Below the pieces are notes generated by a model. That model was not told where the DNA came from. It searched no databases and saw only the letters and a list, made by a program, of their open reading frames with translations. From contig CAVUWA010000010.1 in assembly GCA_963744995.1 (NCBI GenBank), positions 800,001-864,000 on the forward strand: a stretch of DNA of 64,000 nt, given 5' to 3'. The position numbers were made by a program, and so were the translations under genes. Shown here piece after piece: positions 9,593 through 18,396 of this stretch. The DNA is from Candidatus Eiseniibacteriota bacterium. Its GTDB lineage: Bacteria > Eisenbacteria > RBG-16-71-46. How positions within the stretch are numbered: position 1 is the first letter of the stretch; the number at the start of each line of letters is the position of its first letter.

Positions 9593-10426
9593 TTGGAAAC
9601 GCAGCCCCGGGAGCGCGAGCGACGATCGTCCGCGCCCGACTACGCCGATCTCTGGCGCCGCGTCGTCACCCCCACCGAGCACGGCGGCTGGGCGTTCCTT
9701 GGCGAGCCGCTGCTGCTCGGGCTGCTCGTCGCGTTCTCGGGGGCGGGCGCGTGCCTGGCGCTCGCGGCGCTCGCGGCATTCCTCGCGCGCCAGCCGCTGC
9801 GGCTCGCGCTCGCCGACCGCCGCAAGGGGAAGCGCTATCCGCGCACCACCGTCGCCGAGAGCGCACTGGTGCTGCTCGCGGTCGTCGCCGCCGCCGCGGC
9901 GCTCGCCGCCCTCGGGCTCGCGCGTGGCCCGGTGCACCTGGCGCTCGTTCCCGTTGCGCTGCTCGCCGCGGCGGCGCTCGGATTCGACCTGCAGCGCCGC
10001 GCGCGGGAAGCGGCGGCGGAGCTGATCGCAGCGCTGGCGCTCGGCGGAATGGCATCGGCCATTGCACTGGCGGGCGGCATCGAGCCGGACATCGCGTTCG
10101 GTCTCTGGGCGGTGCTCGCCGCACGCGCGCTGCCGTCGATTCTCTACGTGCGCGCCCGCCTGCGCCTGGACCGCGGCGTGAAGGCGAATCCCGCGCGCGC
10201 GCTCGCCGCGCACGGCATCGCGCTGACCGTGCTGCCGGTGCTCGCCGCGCGGCACGTGGTGCCATGGCTCGCCGTGGCGGCGCTGGTGTTGCTGGCGGCG
10301 CGCTCGATCTACGGACTCTCGCCCGCACGGCCGCGCTGGAACACGGCGCAGCTCGGCGTGAGCGAGATCGTGCTCGGACTGATCACGGTGATCGCGACCG
10401 TGGTGGGACTGCGATTCGGGTGGTGA
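9593..10426 (+). CDS. YwiC-like integral membrane protein
   Basis: PTEHGGWAFL matches the YwiC PxxHGxW motif; about 8 TM segments; QLGVSEI near the C-terminus. Confidence 0.75.
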   Translation: METQPRERERRSSAPDYADLWRRVVTPTEHGGWAFLGEPLLLGLLVAFSGAGACLALAALAAFLARQPLRLALADRRKGKRYPRTTVAESALVLLAVVAAAAALAALGLARGPVHLALVPVALLAAAALGFDLQRRAREAAAELIAALALGGMASAIALAGGIEPDIAFGLWAVLAARALPSILYVRARLRLDRGVKANPARALAAHGIALTVLPVLAARHVVPWLAVAALVLLAARSIYGLSPARPRWNTAQLGVSEIVLGLITVIATVVGLRFGW

Positions 10427-10461
10427 GGCGCCGAGCGGCGGGCGGCCACCGCGCAGGGCCT

Positions 10462-11373
10462 CTAGATCGCCAGCGCCTGCTGCTCCGGATCGGGCGGCGG
10501 CACGAGCGGGGCGCGGCGCCGGTCGCGGACGTCGTGCGCGCGCTTGAGCGCCTTCACCGCCTCGATCGTCGGCACGATGTCGTGCTTCGGCAGGTGCGCG
10601 CGATGCGCGTAGCGCTTCTCGAGCGACGGCAGCGCCTCGGGCCAGTCGCGCGCGACGCATTCCAGGAAGTGCTGCTTCGTGCCGTCGCCGAGGTAGAGCA
10701 TGCTCGGCCAGAGATCCACCGCGCCCGCGTCGCGGGCCGCCTTCACGACGTCGGCCATGAGGCGTGGCTCGTCGGAGAGCCCGGGAATGATCGGCGCCAT
10801 CGCGATGCCCGCCTTGATGCCCGCATCCACCAGCCGTCTGAGCGCGCGCAGCCGGGCCCGCGGCGGCGGCGTGCCGGGCTCGGTGGTGCGCCAGATGCGC
10901 TCATCGAGCGTCGGCACCGAGAAGTAGACGCCCGCCCTGGCGCGCGAAGAGGCGTGCTGCAGCACGTCGATGTCGCGCACCACGAGCGGCCCGCGCGTGA
11001 CGATGCCGAAGGGATTGCGCGCGTGCGCGAACACCTCGATGCATGCGCGCGTGAGCCGGAACGTGCCCTCGGCCGGCTGATAGGGATCGGTCGCCGCGCC
11101 GACCGCCACGAATTCGCGCTTCCACGAGGGCCGCGAGAGCTCGAAGCGCAGCACGTCGGCGATGTTCGACTTCACCCGGATCGAGCGCCCGTAGCGGTCG
11201 TCGCTCGGCCGCTCCGCGCGCTTCTCGAACGCCCGCACGTAGCAGAACGTGCAGCGGTGCGCGCAACCCATGTAAGGGTTCAGCGACCAGTCGAACATCA
11301 TGCCGCGCACGGCGTTCAGCGCCGAGCGGCACGGCTCGATGCGGTACTCGGGGATCCTGCCTGAGGGGGGCAT
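10462..11373 (-). CDS. Radical SAM protein, SplB/Rv2578c-like DNA repair family
   Basis: LNPYMGCAHRCTFCY (CxxxCxxC), GAATDPYQPAE, EPGTPPP..RL, APIIPGL. Start set at ATG 11373; the longer ORF overlaps mqnE. Confidence 0.88.
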   Translation of the reverse strand: MPPSGRIPEYRIEPCRSALNAVRGMMFDWSLNPYMGCAHRCTFCYVRAFEKRAERPSDDRYGRSIRVKSNIADVLRFELSRPSWKREFVAVGAATDPYQPAEGTFRLTRACIEVFAHARNPFGIVTRGPLVVRDIDVLQHASSRARAGVYFSVPTLDERIWRTTEPGTPPPRARLRALRRLVDAGIKAGIAMAPIIPGLSDEPRLMADVVKAARDAGAVDLWPSMLYLGDGTKQHFLECVARDWPEALPSLEKRYAHRAHLPKHDIVPTIEAVKALKRAHDVRDRRRAPLVPPPDPEQQALAI

Positions 11374-11402
11374 GGGCCATAGCGTGCCCGAAAACGCTTT
11401 GA

Positions 11403-11416
11403 TGCACAAGTGTGCA
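11403..11416. promoter_or_regulatory. Putative LexA box TGCAC-aagt-GTGCA upstream of the radical SAM repair gene
   Basis: Perfect 5-4-5 palindrome with the same arms as the lexA promoter site. Overlaps a candidate minus-strand -35 (TTGTGC, 11404-11409), 17 bp from a weak -10 (CACGCT, 11381-11386). Confidence 0.75.
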
Positions 11417-11549
11417 GTGTGCCCGATTTCGCCACGGACGACCGGGCCCGGGGCGCCGCGAGCCCTCTCGTCGGTGCGCGGCCGGAGGCCCCGCTCGCAT
11501 TGAACGGCTTCCGGGTCCGTCGCCAGAAGCTCCTGGAGCTGCAGCCCTC

Positions 11550-12698
11550 CTACCCCGCCGCCACCACCTCTTCGCGCCCGTATTCCTTCACCACGCGATA
11601 GAGCGCGTCGCGCTGCACCGGCGTCTTCCCCGCCTCGCGGATCAGGTGGACCATGCCGTCCTCGGCCATACCCACCGGACTCCGCGCGAGGGCCGCGTGC
11701 GCGATTTTCTCCTGGCCGATCGTGCCGTCCATGTCGCTCGCGCCGAAGTTGATCGCGGCGCTCGCCGTGTCCTGACCGAGCATGATCCAGTAGCTCTTCA
11801 CGTGCGGCACGTTGTCGAACATCAGCCGCGACAGCGCGATCGTCTTGAGATCCTCGATCGCCGAGGCCTGGCGCCGCACCAGGCCGGTCACCCCGGGCTG
11901 GAACGCGAGCGGGATGAACGCGGAGAAGCCGGGCGCTTTGGTTTCGAGCTCGCGCAGGTCGATCAGGTGCTGCACGCGCTCGGCCCGCGTCTCGATGTGA
12001 CCGTAGAGCAGCGTTGCGTTGCTCGGAATGCCGAGCCCGTGCGCCACTTCGTGGATCTCGAGCCAGCGCTTCGCACCGATCTTCTGGTGGAAGATCTCGC
12101 GGCGCACGCGCTCGCTGAACACCTCGGCGCCGCCGCCCGGCAGCGCGTCGAGGCCGGCGTTGCGAAGCTCGGTGAGCACGTATTCCGCGGGCTTCTTCGT
12201 GAGCCGGCAGAAGAAATCGATCTCGACCGCCGTGTAGGCCTTGACGCTCAGCTCCGGCTTCTTCGCCTTCACCCAGCGGATCACGTCGAGGTAGTCGTCG
12301 AAACGCCATTTGTTGTGCAGCCCGCCGACGATGTGGATCTCGGTGATCTCGGGGTCCACGTGCGCCTCGATCTCCTCACGCGTCATCGTGTAGGCGTCCG
12401 GCGCGCCGGGTTTCTTCGCGTAATCGCAGAACTTGCACGCCAGCACGCAGACGTTGGTCGGGTTCAGCTGGCGGTTCACGGTGAAGTACACGTGGTCGCC
12501 GTGCAGATCGCGGGCGTAGGCGTTGGCGAGCCGACCGAGCTCCATCACCGGCGCGTCGAACAGCAGGATGCCGTCCTCCTGCGTCAGCGATTCGCCCGCC
12601 ATGAGCTTCTCGCGGGCGGCGAGCACCTGCCTGTCCTTGAGGCGGACCGCGCCGAGATGCTCGTGCGAGCGCGCGTTCCAGTCGATGAGCTTGCGCAA
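11550..12698 (-). CDS. mqnE: Aminofutalosine synthase (radical SAM, CofH/MqnE family)
   Basis: NPTNVCVLACKFC, IHIVGGLH, KAYTAVEI, PGGGAEVF, FGASDMDGT..QEKI. AGGAG before the TTG start. Confidence 0.85.
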   Translation of the reverse strand: MRKLIDWNARSHEHLGAVRLKDRQVLAAREKLMAGESLTQEDGILLFDAPVMELGRLANAYARDLHGDHVYFTVNRQLNPTNVCVLACKFCDYAKKPGAPDAYTMTREEIEAHVDPEITEIHIVGGLHNKWRFDDYLDVIRWVKAKKPELSVKAYTAVEIDFFCRLTKKPAEYVLTELRNAGLDALPGGGAEVFSERVRREIFHQKIGAKRWLEIHEVAHGLGIPSNATLLYGHIETRAERVQHLIDLRELETKAPGFSAFIPLAFQPGVTGLVRRQASAIEDLKTIALSRLMFDNVPHVKSYWIMLGQDTASAAINFGASDMDGTIGQEKIAHAALARSPVGMAEDGMVHLIREAGKTPVQRDALYRVVKEYGREEVVAAG

Positions 12699-12794
12699 GG
12701 GTTCACTCCTTCCGGCGAAATCGAGGTGCGCAGTATAGCGCGACGGCGCGGACGCTGCTGGCTGCGGCGCCGCGCCGCATGCGGCCGAACCGCG

Positions 12795-13769
12795 TCAGTC
12801 GCTGTCGCCCGCCGGGTCTTCCTCGACGATCCGCACGTGGGGACGCGGCGTGCGCCTCACACGCAGCTCGAACACGTCCGGCCGCCCGTAGTGGCCGGCC
12901 GCGTCGAGCTGCCAGCGCGGCCCGACCATCTGCTGCGGATCCACGTCGGCGTAGAGGATCGTCTCCTCTTCCTTCGCTGGGCCGGCGAGCACCTTGCCGT
13001 CCGGATCCACGATCACCGAATGCCCCGGATTGATCCACTCGGGCGCGTCTTTCAGATAGGCTTCCTTGAACGCGAGCGCGTCGGGAATGTCCGCCTTCCG
13101 GAACGCCTGGCAGCAGCCGATCACGAAGCATCGGCTCTCCTTGCCGATGTGACGCATGGATGAGATCCACGGCTCGCCGCGATCCCACGTCGGCGCGACG
13201 TGGATCTGCTCGCCCCACGCGTACAGCGCGTGGCGGGCGAGCGGCATGTAGTTCTCCCAGCAGATGAGCCCGCCGACGCGGGCGAACGGGAGGGTGAACA
13301 CCTCGAGATCGCTGCCGTCCCCCTGCGCCCAGACCAGTCGTTCACCCGCGGTGGGGATCAGCTTGCGGTGCCGGCCGAGCAGCGCGCCGTCGGGACCGAT
13401 GAAGAGCAGCGTGTTGTAGAGGCTTGCGTCGCTCGCTTCCGTGTTGCGCTCGTTGATGCCCGCCGCCACCGCGATGCCCGCCTCGGCAGCCGCGTGCTGC
13501 AGCCGCTCGACGGCCGGGCCCGGGACGCTCAGCGAGCCGGCGTGGAGCTTCGCGTACAGCTCCCGCAGCGGCTTCGTGTGCCCCGGGGGGATGAACCACA
13601 CCCACAGCGGATAGCCCGGAATGAACGCCTCAGGCAGCACGGCCAGCGATGCGCCGCCCGCCGCGGCCTCGGCAATCAGCCGGCAGGCCTTGTCGAGCGT
13701 ACGATCGAGATCGAGGAACACCGGAGCGGCCTGAATGGCGGCGATGCGAAACGGCGCGGGATCGGGCAA
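12795..13769 (-). CDS. Nitrilase (carbon-nitrogen hydrolase)
   Basis: E-K-C triad: PEAFIPGYP, HRKLIPT, LICWENYMP; DAAGHYGRPDVF. Confidence 0.92.
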   Translation of the reverse strand: MPDPAPFRIAAIQAAPVFLDLDRTLDKACRLIAEAAAGGASLAVLPEAFIPGYPLWVWFIPPGHTKPLRELYAKLHAGSLSVPGPAVERLQHAAAEAGIAVAAGINERNTEASDASLYNTLLFIGPDGALLGRHRKLIPTAGERLVWAQGDGSDLEVFTLPFARVGGLICWENYMPLARHALYAWGEQIHVAPTWDRGEPWISSMRHIGKESRCFVIGCCQAFRKADIPDALAFKEAYLKDAPEWINPGHSVIVDPDGKVLAGPAKEEETILYADVDPQQMVGPRWQLDAAGHYGRPDVFELRVRRTPRPHVRIVEEDPAGDSD

Positions 13770-13885
13770 GGTCGGATTCCTCTTCGGAGACGAGCGGGAA
13801 GGGCCGGATTCCGGGCGATCCTAGCGGATCCCTGCGACTGCTGCCGGGCGTCGCGTGGCCGGGGCGGCCGGACGCCGCAGCGGTG

Positions 13886-14614
13886 CTACCCCGCCAGGAA
13901 GCGCCGCAGAAAGCGAATCGGGCGATCGCGTTCGTTGCTCAGCGAGTCGGATGCCCGCAACCATGCTTCGCAGTACGTCTCGAAGCCGTCGAGCGTGGCA
14001 GGCTCCCCCGGGCGAACCGCCCGCGCCGCGTCGACGGTGAGCGCCAGCAGGGCGCGCGAGGCTTGCACGGCCTGCCGGCCGGACGCCGAGAGACCGTCCG
14101 TGTCCGTGCCGCACCAGGCGAGGTCGCCCGCCTCGTGGCCCTGGCGCTCCGCGCCCGCGTAGCGTCTGATGCGCCGGATCGCCCCGGGGCGCGGACCGTC
14201 CGCTGCCTCGCGCTCGACATGGCCGGGCGCGAACGAATCCTGCACGGCATGCAGCGCGTCTCCGAGCGCCTGCGAGGCGGTGATCGCACGCCGTGCGGCG
14301 TCAGCCGTCGCACCGGAAGTCGCGGCATGCTGCGAGCGGAGCCGCCGGGCGGCCTCGGTCGCTCTTTCCCGGACCCACTGCAGCGCATCGGCGTGCGCCT
14401 CGCGCTCGCTCCGGCCGTCGAAACTCCGCATGAAGTGATGGCACTGCGCCGCATTGCGCCAGTGGCCGAGCGTCACGACGTCGATGAGGTCGCGCGCGAC
14501 GACGCGCCGGGCGGCGCCCGCCTCCGCCAGGGCGACGCACAGCGGATCCCCCTCCCCGGCGAGCTGCCGCAGGGCCTCGTTCGTGATCTTCGTGTGGCCG
14601 GCGAGCGAGCTCAT
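13886..14614 (-). CDS. Hypothetical protein with zinc phospholipase C/P1-nuclease-like motifs
   Basis: GHTKIT, HHFMR, LGDALHAVQDSFAPGH; no signal peptide. Confidence 0.55.
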   Translation of the reverse strand: MSSLAGHTKITNEALRQLAGEGDPLCVALAEAGAARRVVARDLIDVVTLGHWRNAAQCHHFMRSFDGRSEREAHADALQWVRERATEAARRLRSQHAATSGATADAARRAITASQALGDALHAVQDSFAPGHVEREAADGPRPGAIRRIRRYAGAERQGHEAGDLAWCGTDTDGLSASGRQAVQASRALLALTVDAARAVRPGEPATLDGFETYCEAWLRASDSLSNERDRPIRFLRRFLAG

Positions 14615-14629
14615 GGGCGTGCGCCGGGT

Positions 14630-15541
14630 TCAGGCATCGGCAGTCAGCGCGGCCGCCCGGCGGCAGATCTCCCGGTTCGCGGGCGCGGGGATGCCGTGCT
14701 TCCCGCCGAAGCGCACCACGGCACCATTGCGGGCATCCACTTCGAGCGTGCGGCCGGCACGCCGGTCGGTGAGCATCGACGTCACCCTGTCGGGGGGCGC
14801 CTGCTGCAGGCTCTCGACGATGTCGTCGGCGATGGACGCTTCGAGCGTGGCACCTTCGGCGCGTCCCACCGCGGCGCACTCGAGGATCAGCGCCCTCGCG
14901 GTGCGTGCGATTCCGGGGTCGCGGAAGATCGCCATCGTCCGGTTCTCGAGCGCCGGAATCGCTCCCGTCACGTTGAGGCACAGCTTCTTCCACAGCACGG
15001 TGGTGAAATCGCGATGCTCGGAGACCTCGATGTTCCCGCGTACGAACATCTCGACGAGCCCCGGCCCGGTCCCGAACGGCAGCAGGAGCTGCATGGGCCC
15101 GCGCATCACCACCCGGCCGGGACCGGTCCGATGCGCGGGGCAGTCCACCACCACCGGCACGATCGTCGCGCCGTTCGCGAAGGGCAGGACGCGCTCACGG
15201 TGCTCGACGCCGTTCTGGAGCACGGCGACGCTGGTCGCGGGCCGGCACAGAGCGTCCAGCCACGCCGCGGCGCCGACCGTGTCGTGGGCCTTGGTGGCCA
15301 GGATCACGAATTCCGTCGGCACGGCGTCCTCGGGCGAGATGAGTTGCGCCGGTTCCGCGACCGTCGTTCCGCCCGGCAGCTCCACCTCGATGCGGTCGAA
15401 CGGGGTGCGCACGCACGCGGTCACGGCGTGCTCGCCCGTGCGGCACAGATGCGCGGCGAGGATCCCGCCGATCGCGCCCACGCCCACGATGGCGACTTCG
15501 AACCCCGGGTCCCCGGTGGGATTCGCGCCGGTCTCATCCAC
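14630..15541 (-). CDS. panE: 2-dehydropantoate 2-reductase (PanE/ApbA family)
   Basis: GVGAIGG, ATKAHD, LQNGV, WKKLCLN, TSMLTD, LEVDARNG. Overlaps the kinase stop by 8 nt. Confidence 0.85.
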   Translation of the reverse strand: MDETGANPTGDPGFEVAIVGVGAIGGILAAHLCRTGEHAVTACVRTPFDRIEVELPGGTTVAEPAQLISPEDAVPTEFVILATKAHDTVGAAAWLDALCRPATSVAVLQNGVEHRERVLPFANGATIVPVVVDCPAHRTGPGRVVMRGPMQLLLPFGTGPGLVEMFVRGNIEVSEHRDFTTVLWKKLCLNVTGAIPALENRTMAIFRDPGIARTARALILECAAVGRAEGATLEASIADDIVESLQQAPPDRVTSMLTDRRAGRTLEVDARNGAVVRFGGKHGIPAPANREICRRAAALTADA

Positions 15542-17717
15542 CCGGGCCGCCTTCGCCGTCCGCGGCGCGGGCCGCCGAGCTGCCGAACAGCCGGATGAAC
15601 TCCGGATCGTCGTGCAGGCTCTTCATGTCGGGATCACGGACCGGCCAGTCGGTGATGTAGTCCTTCACGCGTTCGAGCGCCGCACGGAGCTCGGCCAGCG
15701 CGCGCTCCTTCTGCCCGGCGAGCGCGAACGCGCAGGCCACGTTGTAGCGCAGCCGCCCGTCGTCCGGTGCGAGCGCACCGGCGAGCTCCGCCTGCACGAT
15801 GCCCTGTTCGACCTGGCCCGTACGGACGAGCGAGATCGCCATGAACGCCCGGCTGAGGGCATCGTCGGGATTGCGGCGCAGGTGCTCGATCTCGCTCTCC
15901 AGCTCGCGCTGAAGCATGGCTTTCGCCTCTTCGCGGCGCCCGAGCGCATCGTAGACGTTGGCGAGGTAGCTCACGGGCACGAAGCGGTCGGGATGGTCCC
16001 GTACCAGCGGCTCGAGGACGGCGGCGGCCTCCGCATGCCGGCCCAGCGCCATGTAGCTCCATGCCACCCACTCGCGCGCGTTCGGATCGCGCGGGTTGCG
16101 CTCGGCCAGCCTCGCGAGTGACTCGAGCAACCCCTGCCGGTCGCCGGCCAGACGCAGGAGCATCGAATTCACGACGTGCGCTTCCGGCAGGTCGGGGTCC
16201 AGCGCGAGCGCCCGTTCCGCGTGCGGCCGCGCGAGCTTCGCGACTTCGGTCTGCGACCCCCACCAGCGCATGCCGCGCAGCGCGTAGCACTGGCCGAGCA
16301 TCGCATGGGCCAGCGCGAAGTCCGGATCGAGCGTCACCGCCTCCTTGAGCAGCGCCTCGGCGCGGCGGTTGTCGTCGCGGCCCTTGTCGAGCAGGTCCAC
16401 CGCACGCAGGTAGTACGTGTAGGCCTCGCGGCTCATGGTGGGCGAGCGGTCGAGCATCTCGCGCTCCTCGGGCTTCAGCGCGACCTGCAGCGAATCGACG
16501 ATGCGCTTCGATACCTCGGCCTGCATGTCGAACAGATCTTCGAGCGTGCGGTCGAAGCGTTCGGCCCACATGGTGTGGCCGTCGTGCGCGCGCACCAGCT
16601 GCACCGAGATGCGCGCGCGATTGCCGGCGCGCCGCACGCTGCCGAGCAGCAGGTAGTCCGTGTCGAGCTCACGCGCCAGCGTGCGCGGCGGCAGCTGGCG
16701 GTCGCGGTACGGCTGGACCTCGGCGCGCGAGGCGACCTCGATGTGCTCGAGGCGCATGAGGTCCACGATGAGATCGTCCACCAGCCCGTCGGCGAGGAAG
16801 CGGTCGTCGGGGTCGGTGCTCATCAGGTCGAAATACAGCACCGCGATCCGCGGCGATGCGGGCGTCGCGGGCGCGGCGGGTTTCGCCGCCTCCGCGGGCG
16901 CCATCTCGACGAGGCAGCATTTGAGGTCGGCCATCATGTCCTCGGCGCGCGAGTAACGGTGGTCCGGCTCCTTGCGCAGCAGCTTCATCACCGTGTAGTC
17001 GAGGTCCTGGCGCAGCCCCTCGCGCAGCGTGCCCGGCGCGGGAGGATTCTCGTGCAGCACCTGATACGTCACGGCCTCGAACGTCTCGCCCTCGAACGGG
17101 CGCTTCCCCGTGAGCGCCTGATAGAGGATCACGCCGAGCGACCACAGGTCGCTGCGGTTGTCGGGCGGCAGGCCGCGGATCTGTTCAGGGCTCATCGCGA
17201 GCGGCGTGCCGACGGCGAGCCCGGTCGCCGTCATGCGCGTCGCGCCCCTCACGCTGGCGATGCCGAAGTCGAGGATCTTGGGGCCTCTGGGCGACATGAT
17301 GATGTTCGCGGGCTTCAGGTCGCGGTGCACGATGCCGAGCGCGTGGACTTCAGCGAGCGCATCGGCGATGTCGAGCGCGAGCTGCAACGCCTCTTCGGTC
17401 GACATCGGCCCGCGCGCGAGGCGCTGCTCCAGCGTCTCGCCCTCGACCTTCTGCATCACGATGTACGGCCGGCCGTCGGCGATCCCGGCTTCGTACACGG
17501 TCACGACCGCCGGGTGGTCCACGCTCGCCGCCGCCTGCGCTTCGCGCTGCAGCCGCTCGACCGCCTCCGCGTCGCCGGCCAGATGCCGCGGCAGCAGCTT
17601 CACCGCCACCTGCCGCGGGAGCTGCGTGTCCTCGGCGAGCCAGACTTCGCCCATCGCGCCTTTGCCGATGGGCTCGATCAGACGATAGTGCGAAATGGTG
17701 ACGGGTTCGGCGCTCAT
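15534..17717 (-). CDS. Hanks-type Ser/Thr protein kinase with TolB-like and TPR domains
   Basis: GKGAMGEV, VAVK, HRDLKPANI, DFG, GTPLAMSPE; IAVLYF..ADGL TolB-like segment; TPR repeats. Start 17717 lies 7 nt after a TACTAT -10. Confidence 0.9.
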   Translation of the reverse strand: MSAEPVTISHYRLIEPIGKGAMGEVWLAEDTQLPRQVAVKLLPRHLAGDAEAVERLQREAQAAASVDHPAVVTVYEAGIADGRPYIVMQKVEGETLEQRLARGPMSTEEALQLALDIADALAEVHALGIVHRDLKPANIIMSPRGPKILDFGIASVRGATRMTATGLAVGTPLAMSPEQIRGLPPDNRSDLWSLGVILYQALTGKRPFEGETFEAVTYQVLHENPPAPGTLREGLRQDLDYTVMKLLRKEPDHRYSRAEDMMADLKCCLVEMAPAEAAKPAAPATPASPRIAVLYFDLMSTDPDDRFLADGLVDDLIVDLMRLEHIEVASRAEVQPYRDRQLPPRTLARELDTDYLLLGSVRRAGNRARISVQLVRAHDGHTMWAERFDRTLEDLFDMQAEVSKRIVDSLQVALKPEEREMLDRSPTMSREAYTYYLRAVDLLDKGRDDNRRAEALLKEAVTLDPDFALAHAMLGQCYALRGMRWWGSQTEVAKLARPHAERALALDPDLPEAHVVNSMLLRLAGDRQGLLESLARLAERNPRDPNAREWVAWSYMALGRHAEAAAVLEPLVRDHPDRFVPVSYLANVYDALGRREEAKAMLQRELESEIEHLRRNPDDALSRAFMAISLVRTGQVEQGIVQAELAGALAPDDGRLRYNVACAFALAGQKERALAELRAALERVKDYITDWPVRDPDMKSLHDDPEFIRLFGSSAARAADGEGGPGG

Positions 17718-17784
17718 GGCGGCGATAGTAGTCATCCGGGCGGCATGCGGCCACCGCGAGGACGCGCGCGGCCCGGGCGGCGGC

Positions 17785-18342
17785 TCAGCCCTCCTCGAAT
17801 CTCAAGGCCGGCAGACCGTCGATGCTCCGCGCGTTGTTCTCGCGCTGGTATTCGGCCACCCCCTGTGCGCCCTTGCGATCGACCCACGCCGTGAGCTGCG
17901 TGCGCTCCTGCTCGTAGCGGTAGCGCGGCACGCCGAACCCGCACGAGTCGCTGATCCGTGTCAGGTCGACCCGGATCACCGCCCGCACGCCATCCAGCGC
18001 GGCCGGGAACTGCGCGGCGAGCGCCGCGAATTCCGGAGCGCCATGCTCGACGACCGTGCCGCGACCGTGCAGGCGCACGATGTTCGGCGCGCCCTCGAAC
18101 GCGCAGAACATGATCACGATGCGCCCGTTGTCGCGCAGATGGGCGATCGTCTCGGCGCCGCTGCCCGTGTAGTCGAGGTAGGCGACTTGTCGCGGACCGA
18201 TGATCCGAAACGTATCGAGCCCTTTGGGTGAGCAGTTCACGTGGCCGCCATCGCCGGAAGGCGCGGTCGCCACGAAGAACACGTGCTGACGCCCGATGAA
18301 CTCGCGCACTCTGCCGTCGATCGCCTCGAAGCTCTTACTCAT
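17785..18342 (-). CDS. Pyridoxamine 5'-phosphate oxidase-related FMN-binding protein
   Basis: FFVATAP, VNCSPKG, DYTGSGAETIAH, SCGFGVP, SIDGLP. Confidence 0.88.
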   Translation of the reverse strand: MSKSFEAIDGRVREFIGRQHVFFVATAPSGDGGHVNCSPKGLDTFRIIGPRQVAYLDYTGSGAETIAHLRDNGRIVIMFCAFEGAPNIVRLHGRGTVVEHGAPEFAALAAQFPAALDGVRAVIRVDLTRISDSCGFGVPRYRYEQERTQLTAWVDRKGAQGVAEYQRENNARSIDGLPALRFEEG

Positions 18343-18396
18343 CGTCGCTCCCTGCCGGCCGGTCGCGCGCGCTGCGCTGCCGGCCTGGCGCCGGCC

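Noticed and set aside
11374..12309. N-terminal extension making the radical SAM protein 615 aa
   Set aside because: It overlaps mqnE out of frame and runs through the putative promoter and LexA box; family similarity begins near 11373.
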